From Hyphomicrobiales bacterium (GTDB taxonomy: Bacteria; Pseudomonadota; Alphaproteobacteria; Rhizobiales; Xanthobacteraceae), in the NCBI GenBank assembly GCA_013911975.1, contig JACESF010000018.1:453-64452 (forward strand): DNA of 64,000 nucleotides, in the 5' to 3' direction. The translations under genes were made by a program, and so were the position numbers. Shown here one piece after another: positions 18,832 to 28,530 of this stretch (its first letter is position 1; every line of letters starts with the position of its first letter). The notes below the pieces were generated by a model that was not told the DNA's origin, ran no database searches, and saw nothing but the letters and a program-made list of their open reading frames with translations.

Positions 18832-19989
18832 TCAGCGCGGCGGGAAGGGCAGGCGCACGAAGCTGCCGTCCTTGACCTGCGAATAGCTGAAGCTGGCGAG
18901 GCCGAGGCCCGTCATGTCCGGCGCGGAGAAGTCGTAGGTGGCGAGCACGCCCTTCAGTGGCTTGCGCAGCGCCGCGCAGACGGCGGCATTGTCCGCGTCC
19001 GGCCCGGCCTCGGCGAGAACCTTGGCGAGGAGGTTCACCGCGTCCCAGCCGGCGGCCTCGTAATTCTTCGGCAGGCGGCCATAGGCCTGCAGGAAGGTCT
19101 GGACGAACGCGGCCTGGTGGGGAAGCGGGTCCTCGGCGATGAGGAACTCGGCGAAGATGACGCCCTCGGCCGCCGCCCCCATGGCCCGGACATATTCGTA
19201 GGAGGAGGAGGCGATGGAGCCGATCACCGGCACGCCGATGCGCAGGTCATGCACGTTGCGGAACGGTGTGGCGGACGAGGCGACGATGACCACCGCATCG
19301 ACGCCCGCATTCTTCACCTTCGCCGCCTGGGCGCTGACGTCGGTGGCGCCGATCTCGAACTTCTCCACCTGCGCCAGCTCGACGCCGTATTCCGGCGCCA
19401 CCGCCTTGAGGCTGTTCGCGACCGCCTGGCCGTAGCCGGAATCGTGCAGCAGGCCGATCCGCTTCACCTTCAGCGCGTCGCGCACATAGGCGAGCGCGGC
19501 GCGGGCGTTCAGTTCCTGCGGGGCGAGGAGGTGGACGACGCAGGTGCGCTTCGCCTCCACCGCCGGGCCGATGCCCGAAAGCGCCACCTGGGGCAGCTTG
19601 ATGGGATCGGTGAGGCCGCCGATGGCCACGGTGCTGGGCAGGTTGGACGAGCCGATGAGCGCGCGCACCTTGGTGGAGCGGATGAGGCCCGTGGCCTTGG
19701 AGATGGCGGTGTCGGGATTGGAGGCGTCGTCCTCGATGATGAGCTTCAGCGGACGCCCGCCGATGCCGCCCGTGCCGTTCACCACCTTCTCAGCCAGCAG
19801 CGCGCCGTCCCGCTCCGGCTGGCCGACGCCCGCCACGGGGCCGGTCACGGACAGGATGGCGCCTATGATCACCGGCTCGCCGGAAAGGGCCTGGGCCCGC
19901 AAGGCGGCGGGCATGGCGGCGGACAGGGTGACGGCGGCGGCAAGCATCAGGGCACGGCGGCGCTGAGCGCCGCACGGAGTGCGTCGCAT
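18832..19989 (-). CDS. Periplasmic solute-binding protein, Leu/Ile/Val-binding (type I PBP) family
   Basis: ATG at 19989 after GGGAGGAG. Signal-like N-terminus RRRALMLAAAVTLSAAMPAALRAQA. IIGAILSVTGPVAGVGQPERDGALLA..VN..GGIGGRPLKLIIEDD. Confidence 0.9.
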   Translation of the reverse strand: MRRTPCGAQRRRALMLAAAVTLSAAMPAALRAQALSGEPVIIGAILSVTGPVAGVGQPERDGALLAEKVVNGTGGIGGRPLKLIIEDDASNPDTAISKATGLIRSTKVRALIGSSNLPSTVAIGGLTDPIKLPQVALSGIGPAVEAKRTCVVHLLAPQELNARAALAYVRDALKVKRIGLLHDSGYGQAVANSLKAVAPEYGVELAQVEKFEIGATDVSAQAAKVKNAGVDAVVIVASSATPFRNVHDLRIGVPVIGSIASSSYEYVRAMGAAAEGVIFAEFLIAEDPLPHQAAFVQTFLQAYGRLPKNYEAAGWDAVNLLAKVLAEAGPDADNAAVCAALRKPLKGVLATYDFSAPDMTGLGLASFSYSQVKDGSFVRLPFPPR

Positions 19990-20075
19990 GAAGGTCTCCT
20001 CCCGGTGGTGTCTTGTTGGCGCTCTGGGGCGCGATGATCGGACACTAGGAACGATTGTCGATAAAGTCAAATATC

Positions 20076-20084
20076 TTCGAAAAT
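20076..20084. promoter_or_regulatory. Candidate operator half-motif TTCGAAAAT in the SBP/GntR divergent promoter region
   Basis: The same 9-mer recurs at 20845-20853, and CGAAAAT again at 20866-20872. All three lie in the two AT-richer intergenic regions flanking the GntR gene. Confidence 0.35.
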
Positions 20085-20129
20085 GAATCTGGGCTAAGAT
20101 GCATCCGAGCGGTGTGTGGGAGATTGGGT

Positions 20130-20840
20130 ATGGTCAGAACGGCGAGCGTGAAGGTGCTGGGGCCCGCGGCGGAGCGTGGCAGCCGCACCCGCAGCGCGGG
20201 CGTCTATGAGGAATTGCGCCACGACATCGTCGGCTGCCGGTGGAAGCCGGGCGCGCGCCTGCGCTTCGAGGAATTGAAGGCCCATTACGAGGTGGGCCTG
20301 AGCCCCTTGCGGGAGGCGCTGATGAAGCTCGCCTCCGACGGGCTGGTTCAACTGGAGGAACACAAGGGCTTCCGCGTGTCGCCCGTCTCCCGCGCGGGCC
20401 TCCTGGACATCACCAACATGCGCAAGGAGCTGGAATCCATGGCGATCCGGCTCTCCATCGCCAATGGGGACGATCGCTGGGAGGCGGGAATCGTCGCGGC
20501 ACTCCACGAACTGGCCAAGCGCCGCAAGATCGGGGCGGACGGGCTCGTGGACGACGAATGGGAGGCCCGCCACCACGCCTTCCACGATGCGCTCACCGCT
20601 GCCAGCGGCTCGGAATGGCTGCAACGCTTCCGCTCGCAGCTCTACGACCAGGCCGACCGCTACCGCCGCGTGGCGATCCATTATCTGCACGCCCCCCGGG
20701 ACGATCTGGTGGAGCACCGGGAGATTGCCGACGCGGTGCTGGCACGGGACGCGGAGGCGGCCGTTTTCCTCGCGCGGCGGCATCTGGAGCGCACCTGCCA
20801 GATCCTCCTGTCCTCGCCGCAAATATTCGGGGAATCGTAG
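20130..20840 (+). CDS. GntR/FadR-family transcriptional regulator (FCD domain)
   Basis: VYEELRHDIVGCRWKPGARLRFEELKAHYEVGLSPLREALMKLASDGLVQLEEHKGFRV wHTH plus a helical FCD-like C-terminal domain. ATG at 20130 chosen. Confidence 0.85.
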   Translation: MVRTASVKVLGPAAERGSRTRSAGVYEELRHDIVGCRWKPGARLRFEELKAHYEVGLSPLREALMKLASDGLVQLEEHKGFRVSPVSRAGLLDITNMRKELESMAIRLSIANGDDRWEAGIVAALHELAKRRKIGADGLVDDEWEARHHAFHDALTAASGSEWLQRFRSQLYDQADRYRRVAIHYLHAPRDDLVEHREIADAVLARDAEAAVFLARRHLERTCQILLSSPQIFGES

Positions 20841-20844
20841 TTTT

Positions 20845-20873
20845 TTCGAAAATCTACTTGATGACCGAAAATT
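20845..20873. promoter_or_regulatory. Candidate GntR operator repeats upstream of the FAH-family gene
   Basis: TTCGAAAATctacttgatgaCCGAAAATT; see 20076-20084. Confidence 0.35.
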
Positions 20874-20909
20874 GAGTCCGTAAGGTCGCAGGCGACGAAG
20901 GAGGCACCC

Positions 20910-21767
20910 ATGCGACTGGTTTCCTACGCGCTCGCCGGCCGGACCGGGCTGGCGTTGCGCACATCCGACGGGCTCAGGGACCTTGGTCCGCGCAGCCTGG
21001 AATCCGTTCTCGCCGCCGGCCCCGAGGCGCTCGCCGCCTGCGCCGCGGCGGACGGCCCCCTGCTTGACCCGGCGGCCATCGCCTATCGCCCGGTGCTCGA
21101 ACGGCCGGGCAAGATCCTGTGCATCGGCCTGAACTATGTGGACCACGCCGCCGAGAGCCCCTACCTGAAGGTGCCCGACTATCCGGCCGTGTTCCCGCGC
21201 TTCTCGTCGAGCCTCGTGGGCCACGGCGCGCCCATCGTGCGCCCGTCGGTGTCGCAGGACCTGGATTTCGAAGGCGAGGTCGCGGTCATCGTGGGCCGCT
21301 CCGGCCGCCACATCCCCAAGGCCGCCGCCCTCGACCACGTGGCCGGCTATTCCATCTTCAACGACGCCTCCCTGCGCGACTACCAGTTCAAGTCGGCGCA
21401 ATGGACCGTGGGGAAGAATTTCGACGGCACCGGCCCGTTCGGCCCCGAATTCGTGACCGCCGACGAGCTGCCCCCGGGCGCCCACGGCCTGAAGATCGAG
21501 ACCCGCCTGAACGGCGCGGTGGTGCAGAGCGCCTCCACGGCAGACATGTGCTTCGACGTAGCGACCCTCGTGTCCATCATCAGCGAGGTGATGACCCTGG
21601 AGGCGGGCGACGTGATCATGACCGGCACCCCGGCCGGCGTCGGCTTCGCCCGCAAGCCGCCCCTCTACATGCGCGACGGCGACGTCTGCGAGGTCGAGGT
21701 CGAGGGCCTCGGCATCCTGAGCAATCCCGTTCGCGACGAAGCCGCCGCGCTGGACGCGGCCGCCTGA
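20910..21767 (+). CDS. Fumarylacetoacetate hydrolase (FAH) family protein (HpaG-like isomerase/decarboxylase or hydratase)
   Basis: KILCIGLNYVDHA, DFEGEVAVIVG, GYSIFNDASLRD, KNFDGTGPFGP and GDVIMTGTPAGVG. GAAGGAGG RBS. Confidence 0.9.
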   Translation: MRLVSYALAGRTGLALRTSDGLRDLGPRSLESVLAAGPEALAACAAADGPLLDPAAIAYRPVLERPGKILCIGLNYVDHAAESPYLKVPDYPAVFPRFSSSLVGHGAPIVRPSVSQDLDFEGEVAVIVGRSGRHIPKAAALDHVAGYSIFNDASLRDYQFKSAQWTVGKNFDGTGPFGPEFVTADELPPGAHGLKIETRLNGAVVQSASTADMCFDVATLVSIISEVMTLEAGDVIMTGTPAGVGFARKPPLYMRDGDVCEVEVEGLGILSNPVRDEAAALDAAA

Positions 21768-21884
21768 GCCGCCGGACGCGGCCTCGCGCCCGTCCCGCCC
21801 CGTCCCGTTCGCGGGCCGGGGAACACCCAAAACGCATCACAACAAGAAGCCGCGCAACGACGGCCGCAAAATGTGAGGAACGCC

Positions 21885-22802
21885 ATGACCTGTCTTGTGA
21901 ACCGCCTGGGGTTCGTCGCGCTCAACGTGACCGACCTGGACGCCGCCATCGCCGACGCCGTGACCATTACCGGCCTCAGCCTCGTGGAGCGGACCGCCGA
22001 GCGCGCGCTGCTCACCTCCAACCGCCAGCATGCGGAACTGGTCCTGTACCGCGCCGGGCAGGACGCGGTGCGCGCCATCGGGCTGGAAGCGCCCGGCGCC
22101 GCGCAGGTGGATGAGGCGGCCGCCCGCGCCCGCCGCCTCGGCTGGACCGTGCTGGCCGGCCAGCCCTCCCTCGGCGTCATCGCCCATGCCGTCACCATCG
22201 TCTCGCCGGAAGGCCACACGCTGGAGATCCACACGCCGCTGCCCGAGGACCAGCCGCGCCGCCATGGCGGCCCCGGCGTCCATCCGCGCCGCCTGTGCCA
22301 CGTGAACCTCGCCTCCCGCGATCCCGCCGCGCTGGAGCGCCTTCTGGCGCAGACCCTCGGCCTCAAGCTGTCCGAGCGCACCGAGGGATGCGAGCTGATG
22401 TGGCTGCGGGCGGGCGACGGGCGCCACCACACGGTGGGCATCGCCAAGAGCGCGCAGCCGGGCCTGCATCATTATGCCTGGGAGTTCGCGCAGTTCAGCG
22501 ACTTCATGCGGCTCGGCGACCTGCTGGACACCCAGGACCGGCTGATTGTCTGGGGCCCCGGACGCCATGGCTGCGGCGACAACCTCTTCTCCTATTACGT
22601 GGATCGCTCCGGCTTCCTCGTGGAGTGCTCGGCCGAGATGGAAGTCATCCTCGACGATCGTCCCGTGAGCGTCATTTCCTGCCCGCCGGACCTCACCAAC
22701 ATCAAGGTGGTGAACCGCTGGGGCGCGCCCCCGCCGCGCGCCTGGATCGATCACATGTCGCCGTTCGCCCCGGCGGACGGGCCGGTGGCGCTGGCGAGCT
22801 GA
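21885..22802 (+). CDS. Two-domain VOC-superfamily extradiol ring-cleavage dioxygenase
   Basis: Two glyoxalase-like halves (LGFVALNV... and RLCHVNLAS...). The metal-ligand context HHTVGIA ... HHYAWEF ... YYVDRSGFLVE resembles type I extradiol dioxygenases. ATG at 21885 has a GAGGAA RBS (the track uses GTG at 21873). Confidence 0.75.
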   Translation: MTCLVNRLGFVALNVTDLDAAIADAVTITGLSLVERTAERALLTSNRQHAELVLYRAGQDAVRAIGLEAPGAAQVDEAAARARRLGWTVLAGQPSLGVIAHAVTIVSPEGHTLEIHTPLPEDQPRRHGGPGVHPRRLCHVNLASRDPAALERLLAQTLGLKLSERTEGCELMWLRAGDGRHHTVGIAKSAQPGLHHYAWEFAQFSDFMRLGDLLDTQDRLIVWGPGRHGCGDNLFSYYVDRSGFLVECSAEMEVILDDRPVSVISCPPDLTNIKVVNRWGAPPPRAWIDHMSPFAPADGPVALAS

Positions 22803-22807
22803 GCGTC

Positions 22808-23551
22808 ATGGATCTCTCGGGCAAAGTCGTGGTGGTGACCGGTGCCGAATCCGGCATCGGTCGCGCCATCGCCGAGGCAGTCGCCGCGGCGGGCGGGGCG
22901 GTGGTCCTGGCGGGCATCGCCGCCGATCGCCTCGCGGAAGCGGCGGGCGGCCTGTCCGCCGACGGCCGCAGCGTGCTCGCCGTCCCCACGGACGTCCGCG
23001 ACCCGGCGGCGGTGGCGCATCTGTTCGAGGCCGCCTGCGTGCGGTTCGGGCGCATCGACGCCGCCGTGGCCAATGCGGGCATCATCGGCGCCCGCAAGGC
23101 CGTGACCGACCTTACCCCGGCGGACCTCGCCGAGGTGTTGGCGGTGAACCTCACGGGCACCTTCCTCACCCTGGCCGAGGGCGCGCGCCGCCTCATCGCC
23201 CAGGGCGGAGGCGGCTCGCTCATGGCCACCGGCTCCTCCACGGCGTTGAAGCCGGTGCCGGGCCTCGCGCCCTATGCCGCGTCCAAGGGCGGGGTGCATG
23301 CGCTCATGCATGCCCTCGCCGTGGAACTGGCGCCCTGGCGCATCCGCGTGAACACGCTGGTGCCGGGGACCACGGCCACGGACGCCACCCGCGCCATGCC
23401 GGGCTATCTGGACGAGGTGGCCCGCGCTCTTCCGCTGGGCGCCGTCACCGAGCCCGAGGAACTGGCCCGCTACGCGGTGTTCGCCCTCAGCGACGCGGCC
23501 CCGCGCATGACCGGATCGTTGCTCAAGATCGACGCCGGACGCACGCTCTGA
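22808..23551 (+). CDS. Short-chain dehydrogenase/reductase (SDR)
   Basis: TGAESGIGRA cofactor motif, NAG, catalytic YAASK. Confidence 0.9.
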   Translation: MDLSGKVVVVTGAESGIGRAIAEAVAAAGGAVVLAGIAADRLAEAAGGLSADGRSVLAVPTDVRDPAAVAHLFEAACVRFGRIDAAVANAGIIGARKAVTDLTPADLAEVLAVNLTGTFLTLAEGARRLIAQGGGGSLMATGSSTALKPVPGLAPYAASKGGVHALMHALAVELAPWRIRVNTLVPGTTATDATRAMPGYLDEVARALPLGAVTEPEELARYAVFALSDAAPRMTGSLLKIDAGRTL

Positions 23552-23570
23552 AACCGAATCCCATGGAGGC

Positions 23571-23978
23571 ATGATGACCCAGGCAGTCCCGGCCCACGCA
23601 TTTCCGCTCCAAGACCGTATCCGCGTCCTGGAGGAGCAGCGCTATGCCGCCATGCTCGCGGCGGACATCCCGGCTCTCGACGTGCTGCTCTCCGACAATC
23701 TCGTCTACAGCCATTCCAACGCGACCGTGGACGACAAGGCGAGCTACCTCGCCAAGGTGAAGAGCGGGCATTTCGAGTATCTGGAGATTTCCCATCCCGA
23801 GGAGCGGATGGTGGTGATCGGCTCCACCGTTCTCGTGCTGGGCCGCATGTCCGGCCGGGTCCGCATGAACGGACAGGCCGAGCGCCGCCTCAACAACCGG
23901 ACCCTCACCGTCTGGGCCGAGGAAGACGGGCGCTGGCGCATGGCGGCGTTCCAGCCCACGCCCATCCCGGAGGGCTGA
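23571..23978 (+). CDS. NTF2-like (SnoaL/DUF4440) family protein
   Basis: 135 aa. Pattern ...LLSDNLVYSHSNATVDDKASYL..VKSG...Y ... TLTVWAEEDGRWRMAAFQ is typical of DUF4440-type NTF2 folds. GGAGG RBS. Confidence 0.65.
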   Translation: MMTQAVPAHAFPLQDRIRVLEEQRYAAMLAADIPALDVLLSDNLVYSHSNATVDDKASYLAKVKSGHFEYLEISHPEERMVVIGSTVLVLGRMSGRVRMNGQAERRLNNRTLTVWAEEDGRWRMAAFQPTPIPEG

Positions 23979-23984
23979 GGCCCC

Positions 23985-26171
23985 TCACCCGGCGCCGGTC
24001 CCCCGGGCCAGCGCCGCGAGCCGTTCGAGGGCCTCCGCGTCTCCCAACGCGGCGGCGGTCTCCCGGGGGGTGAGGGACGCCATGGCCTGCGCGAAGTCCC
24101 GCGCGTCCTCAAGCTTGGCGCGGGCGATGAGGCGCTCCGGCCCGTAATCGCCGGCCGCGCGATGCCCGCCGTTCGGCAGCATGGCCACATGGGCGGCCAG
24201 CAGGCCGGGATCCTGGAACAGCCGCACGGTCCCGTTCTCGGGCTCGCCTTGGGCCTCCATCTCGCGGGCGAGATGCTCCGCCCGGCGCAGCACGCGGGGC
24301 GGATCGCGCTGTTCCGGGGTCGCCAGCAGGCCCAGCCGCGCGAAGGCCGCGCCCGCCTGGCTGCGGGCGGTCCAGCTCACCAGCGGCACCGCCAGCAGAA
24401 GGCCCAGCACCACCGGGCTCATCCAGACCAGAAGCGGCACCGAGATGGCCAGCGCCGCCCCGCCGATGGCCACGCCCGCCAGGGTATGGGGCGCGAAATG
24501 CCGGAGCGTCGGCCCGAACGGCACGCTGCCGTCGCCTCGGCGCTGAGGCTTCCAGCCCCCGTCATGCCCCGCCAGGATGCCCACCACCGCGGCGGACTGG
24601 GAGACCATCATCACCGGCGCCGTGAGGCCCGAGATCAGGGTCTCCACGATCACGCCGCAGAAGGCGGCCACGGCACCGCCGAACCCGCGCCGCGCCGGCC
24701 CGTCGAATAGCATCATCGCGTAGGCGAAGAGCTTCGGCAGAAGCAGGATTGTCATGGTGCCCACGAACACCCGCACCGCGCGCGCCGGGTCCTGGGCGGG
24801 CCAGGAGGGGAAGAGGGAGAAGGGCGAGGGGAAATAGTCCGGCGGCACGAAGCGCGCCTGAAGGGCGATGAGCAGCCCCACCAGAAGCATGGCGAGCCAG
24901 AGCGGCGCGGTCACGTAGGAGCCGATGCCGGTGAGCAGATGCAGGCGGCTCAAGGGGTGCAGCCCGCGCGTCGGCAGAACGGCGGCATGCTGGAGATTGC
25001 CCTGGCACCAGCGCCGGTCGCGGATGGCGAGGTCGGTGAGGGAGGGCGGACCTTCCTCGTAGCTCCCTTCCAGCGCCGGCACCATATGCACCGCCCAGCC
25101 GCCGCGCCGGATCAGCGCCGCCTCCACGAAGTCGTGGCTGAGGATGTGGCCGCCGAACGGCTTGCGGCCCTTCAGGTGGGGCAGGCCCGCGCACTGCGCG
25201 AAGGCCTTCGTGCGGATGATGGCGTTGTGGCCCCAGTAATTGCTGTCCGGCCCGTGCCACCAGGCGAGACCGCGCGCGATCAGCGGCCCGTAGAGCCGAC
25301 CGGCGAATTGCTGGGCGCGGGCGAACAGGCTCTGGCCGCCGACGATCACCGGAAGCGTCTGGATGAGCCCCACATGGGGGTTCGCCTCCATGGCGGCGGC
25401 GAGGCGCACGATGCAATCGCCGGTCATCAGGCTGTCCGCGTCGAGCACCAGCATGGCATCGTAGCGGCCGCCGAAGCGCGTCACCCAATCGGCGATGTTG
25501 CCCGCCTTGCGGTCGGTGTTGCGGGGCCGCCGCCGGTAATAGAGGCCCGCCCCGCCGGAGACGCGGGCCCGCAGCGCCAGGAACGCCGCCTCCTCCGCGA
25601 TCCAGGTGTCCGCGTCGGTGGTGTCGCTGAGGATGAAGATGTCGAACGCGTCGAGCCGCCCCGTCGCCTCCAGGGATTCGCGGATCGCCTCCAGCCCGGC
25701 GAACACACGGGCGGGCGCCTCGTTATAGGTGGGCATGAGGAGGGCGGTGCGCAGGCGCAGCGCGGGCAGGGGGGCCTTGGGGTCGATGCCGAGGCCCACC
25801 TTCGTGCCGGTCATGGCGATGACGCCGGCGAGCGCGTTGGTGAAGGAGAAGCTGATCCAGGCGAACAGCGGCACGAACAGACCGAGCACCACGCCTTCCA
25901 GCGCCGTCAGTCCGCCCACGTCCAGCACCCGGTACATCTCGTGGGCGCCGATCACGGTCAGGCCGCCCGCCCCGCCGATCACCAGCAGGCGCCGCGCCAG
26001 GAGGCCGCCGGCCCAGGGCAGGGCGCCGGTCACGGGCGCCGCGCGCAGGGACTGTACCGGCATGTCGAGCGGCGCCTCTTCCGGCAGGGCCGGGGCGAAG
26101 CCGGGGGGTGGCGCGCGGTCGGGCGTCGGGCGCTCCAGCGGGGCGCCTACGGCGTCCATCGATAGATCCAC
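23985..26171 (-). CDS. opgH: Osmoregulated periplasmic glucan glucosyltransferase OpgH (MdoH)
   Basis: 728 aa. TALLMPTYNE, DIFILSDTTD, RRRPRN...KAGNIADW, VLDADSLM, HNAIIRT, ILSHDFVEAAL and the QRRW-type motif RDRRWCQGNLQH. GTG at 26171 or ATG at 26159; either overlaps the opgG stop. Confidence 0.92.
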   Translation of the reverse strand: MDLSMDAVGAPLERPTPDRAPPPGFAPALPEEAPLDMPVQSLRAAPVTGALPWAGGLLARRLLVIGGAGGLTVIGAHEMYRVLDVGGLTALEGVVLGLFVPLFAWISFSFTNALAGVIAMTGTKVGLGIDPKAPLPALRLRTALLMPTYNEAPARVFAGLEAIRESLEATGRLDAFDIFILSDTTDADTWIAEEAAFLALRARVSGGAGLYYRRRPRNTDRKAGNIADWVTRFGGRYDAMLVLDADSLMTGDCIVRLAAAMEANPHVGLIQTLPVIVGGQSLFARAQQFAGRLYGPLIARGLAWWHGPDSNYWGHNAIIRTKAFAQCAGLPHLKGRKPFGGHILSHDFVEAALIRRGGWAVHMVPALEGSYEEGPPSLTDLAIRDRRWCQGNLQHAAVLPTRGLHPLSRLHLLTGIGSYVTAPLWLAMLLVGLLIALQARFVPPDYFPSPFSLFPSWPAQDPARAVRVFVGTMTILLLPKLFAYAMMLFDGPARRGFGGAVAAFCGVIVETLISGLTAPVMMVSQSAAVVGILAGHDGGWKPQRRGDGSVPFGPTLRHFAPHTLAGVAIGGAALAISVPLLVWMSPVVLGLLLAVPLVSWTARSQAGAAFARLGLLATPEQRDPPRVLRRAEHLAREMEAQGEPENGTVRLFQDPGLLAAHVAMLPNGGHRAAGDYGPERLIARAKLEDARDFAQAMASLTPRETAAALGDAEALERLAALARGTGAG

Positions 26172-27691
26172 GTCTCGCTCAGGCGCTCGTCGCCCTGCAT
26201 GACCTGCGCCCGCAGCTCGGCCACCTCGGCGCCCTTGGGCTCGAAGGCGAAGGAGAGGCGCAGGCCCTGGATCTCGGGATTGGGCTGGAGCACCACGTTG
26301 GATACCTGGCCGCTATTGGTGGAGACGGACGGCTTCACGCCGTCGAGCGCCAGCCCCTTTACCCGTTCGCCCACGAGGTCGAGCACGAACAGGCGCCGCT
26401 CCGGCGTGCCGCCTGCGCGGGTGGCGGCGAAGCGCGCGACGGCCGCGCGGTCCGGCGTGTCCCAGGCCCAATGGAGGCGGTAGGTGTAGAAATATTCCCC
26501 GCCCTTGCGCATCGCCTCCTTGGGGCGCCAGAAGGCGACGATGTTGTCGTGCACCTCCTCCCTGGTGGGGATCTCCACCAGATGCACCGCGCCTTCGCCC
26601 CAGTCGCCGATGGGCTCCACCCAGATGCTCGGCCGCTTCTCGTAGCGCGCTTCCAGGTCCTGGTAGTCGAAGAAGGAGCGCTGCCGCTGCATCAGCCCGA
26701 AGCCGCGCATGTTGGTGTCCGAGAAGGAGCTGATCTGGAGCCGCGTGGGATTGACCAGGGGGCGCCACATGCGCTCGCCATTGCCGTTGATGATGGCGAG
26801 GCCCTGGGCGTCGCAGACGGCGGGACGGAAGTCGTCGATATTGTCCCGGTCGTTGGGGGCGAACAGGAACATGCTGGTCAGCGAGGCGAGCCCGGCCTGG
26901 TCCATGTCCGTGCGGGGATAGATGGCCATCTCCACCGTGGTGAGGGTGGAATCGCCCGGCTGGATGGTGAAGCGGTGCGCCGCCGCCGCGCTCGGGCTGT
27001 CCAGCAGGGCATGCACCACGATGGAATCCACCCCCGGCCGGGGCCGCTCGATCCAGAAGGCCCGGAACAGCGGGAATTCCTCGCCGCCCGGATCGCCGGT
27101 CTTCACCGACAGGCCGCGCGCCGACGAGCCGTAGACATGGCCCTTGCCGATGGCCCGGAAATAGCTCGCGCCCTGGAAGACGGCGATCTCGTCGAAATAA
27201 TCGGGCCGGTTGATGGGGCCGTGCAGGCGGAAGCCGGAGAAGCCGAGGTCGAGCTTGGGATCGGGCCGCGCCAGGCCATTGTCGAAGCGGAAGAAGTCGG
27301 GGCTGTAGGCCACCTTCTGCGCCTTGCCGTCCGCCACCAGATAGATGTCCACGCGGTCGCGGAACAGGAAGCCGCGATGCAGGAGCTGCACGTCGAACGG
27401 CAGGCCCTGCCCGCGCCACAGCGAGCGGTCGGTGTTGAAGCGGATGTCGCGGTAATCGTCGTAGCTGAGCTTGTCGATGGCCGCCGGCAAGGTCTGGTCG
27501 CCCTGCTTGAAGGGCTTGGCGGCGAGGTCGCGCGCCATCTGCCGGACGATCTGCGCATCAAAAGGCGGCGCGTTGGCGGACCCGCTGTCCTGCGCGCGGG
27601 CGGACCCGGAAACGAGGGACAAGGGGCCCGTGCCCGTCGCGAGAAGCGCGGGCATGAGGGCCGCACCGAGCAGCAGGTTTCGACGATCCAT
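26147..27691 (-). CDS. opgG: Periplasmic glucan biosynthesis protein OpgG/OpgD family
   Basis: ATG at 27691 (GGGAG RBS). Twin-arginine-like signal MDRRNLLLGAALMPALLATGTG...ARAQ. Conserved FRAIGKG.VYG.SARGL, PLFRAFWIE and AFW.P along the MdoG fold. Confidence 0.9.
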   Translation of the reverse strand: MDRRNLLLGAALMPALLATGTGPLSLVSGSARAQDSGSANAPPFDAQIVRQMARDLAAKPFKQGDQTLPAAIDKLSYDDYRDIRFNTDRSLWRGQGLPFDVQLLHRGFLFRDRVDIYLVADGKAQKVAYSPDFFRFDNGLARPDPKLDLGFSGFRLHGPINRPDYFDEIAVFQGASYFRAIGKGHVYGSSARGLSVKTGDPGGEEFPLFRAFWIERPRPGVDSIVVHALLDSPSAAAAHRFTIQPGDSTLTTVEMAIYPRTDMDQAGLASLTSMFLFAPNDRDNIDDFRPAVCDAQGLAIINGNGERMWRPLVNPTRLQISSFSDTNMRGFGLMQRQRSFFDYQDLEARYEKRPSIWVEPIGDWGEGAVHLVEIPTREEVHDNIVAFWRPKEAMRKGGEYFYTYRLHWAWDTPDRAAVARFAATRAGGTPERRLFVLDLVGERVKGLALDGVKPSVSTNSGQVSNVVLQPNPEIQGLRLSFAFEPKGAEVAELRAQVMQGDERLSETWIYRWTP

Positions 27692-27828
27692 CCGGGCTCC
27701 CACGCGCAAGGCGCCGCTGCATCCGGCGGCGCGTATAGAAGCGCCGGAGGGCGGGAGAAGTTCCCCGGAAATGTCTGTAGCTGGGCCGGGCCAGCGGCGG
27801 CGCTGCGCGGTTTCAGGGCCTTGCGGCC

Positions 27829-28530
27829 CTAGATGCCCAGATACGCCTCCCGCACCCGGGGATCGGCGATCAGCTCCGCCGCCGGGCCGACCATGGTTAC
27901 GCGGCCCGTCTCCATGACATAGCCGCGATCCGCCACGGAGAGGGCGCCGAAGGCGTTCTGCTCCACCAGCAGCACGGTCACGTCCAGGCTCTTCAGGTTG
28001 CGCACCACGTCGAAGATCTGCGCCACCAGGATGGGAGCGAGGCCCATGGAGGGCTCGTCCAGCAGCAGGCAGGCGGGGCGGCCCATGAGGGCACGGGCGA
28101 TGGCCAGCATCTGCTGCTGCCCGCCGGAGAGCCCGCCCGCCAATTGGTTGCGCTTCTCCTTCAGGATCGGGAACATGGCGAAGGCATCCGCCATGTCGCG
28201 CTCCACCCGGTCGTCGGAGAAGATGAAGGCGCCGAGGCGCAAATTCTCCTCCACGCTGAGATTGGTGAAGATCTGCCGCCCTTCCGGCGATTGCGCGAGC
28301 CCGCGCTGGATCCGGCGATAGGCCGGGACGCCCGCCAGCGCCTCGCCGCGAAACGTGATGGTGCCCCCGCTCACCGGCTGGACGCCCGACAGGCAGCGCA
28401 GGAGCGTGGTCTTGCCCGCCCCGTTGGCCCCCACCACGGTGACGATCTCGCCCGAGCCGACGAACAGGTCCACCCCGTGCAGCACCTCGATGCGGCCGTA
28501 GCGCGAGCGAAGGCCCTCAACCGTGAGCAT
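27829..28530 (-). CDS. ABC transporter ATP-binding protein, LivF type (second system)
   Basis: [26 protein letters not shown] and LLLDEPSMGLAP. Confidence 0.9.
   Translation of the reverse strand: MLTVEGLRSRYGRIEVLHGVDLFVGSGEIVTVVGANGAGKTTLLRCLSGVQPVSGGTITFRGEALAGVPAYRRIQRGLAQSPEGRQIFTNLSVEENLRLGAFIFSDDRVERDMADAFAMFPILKEKRNQLAGGLSGGQQQMLAIARALMGRPACLLLDEPSMGLAPILVAQIFDVVRNLKSLDVTVLLVEQNAFGALSVADRGYVMETGRVTMVGPAAELIADPRVREAYLGI

Noticed and set aside
16563-18875. 770-aa plus-strand ORF
   Set aside because: It is antisense to the LivG/LivM/LivH-type genes. Its translation is Arg/Gly/Glu/His-rich and lacks any domain signature.
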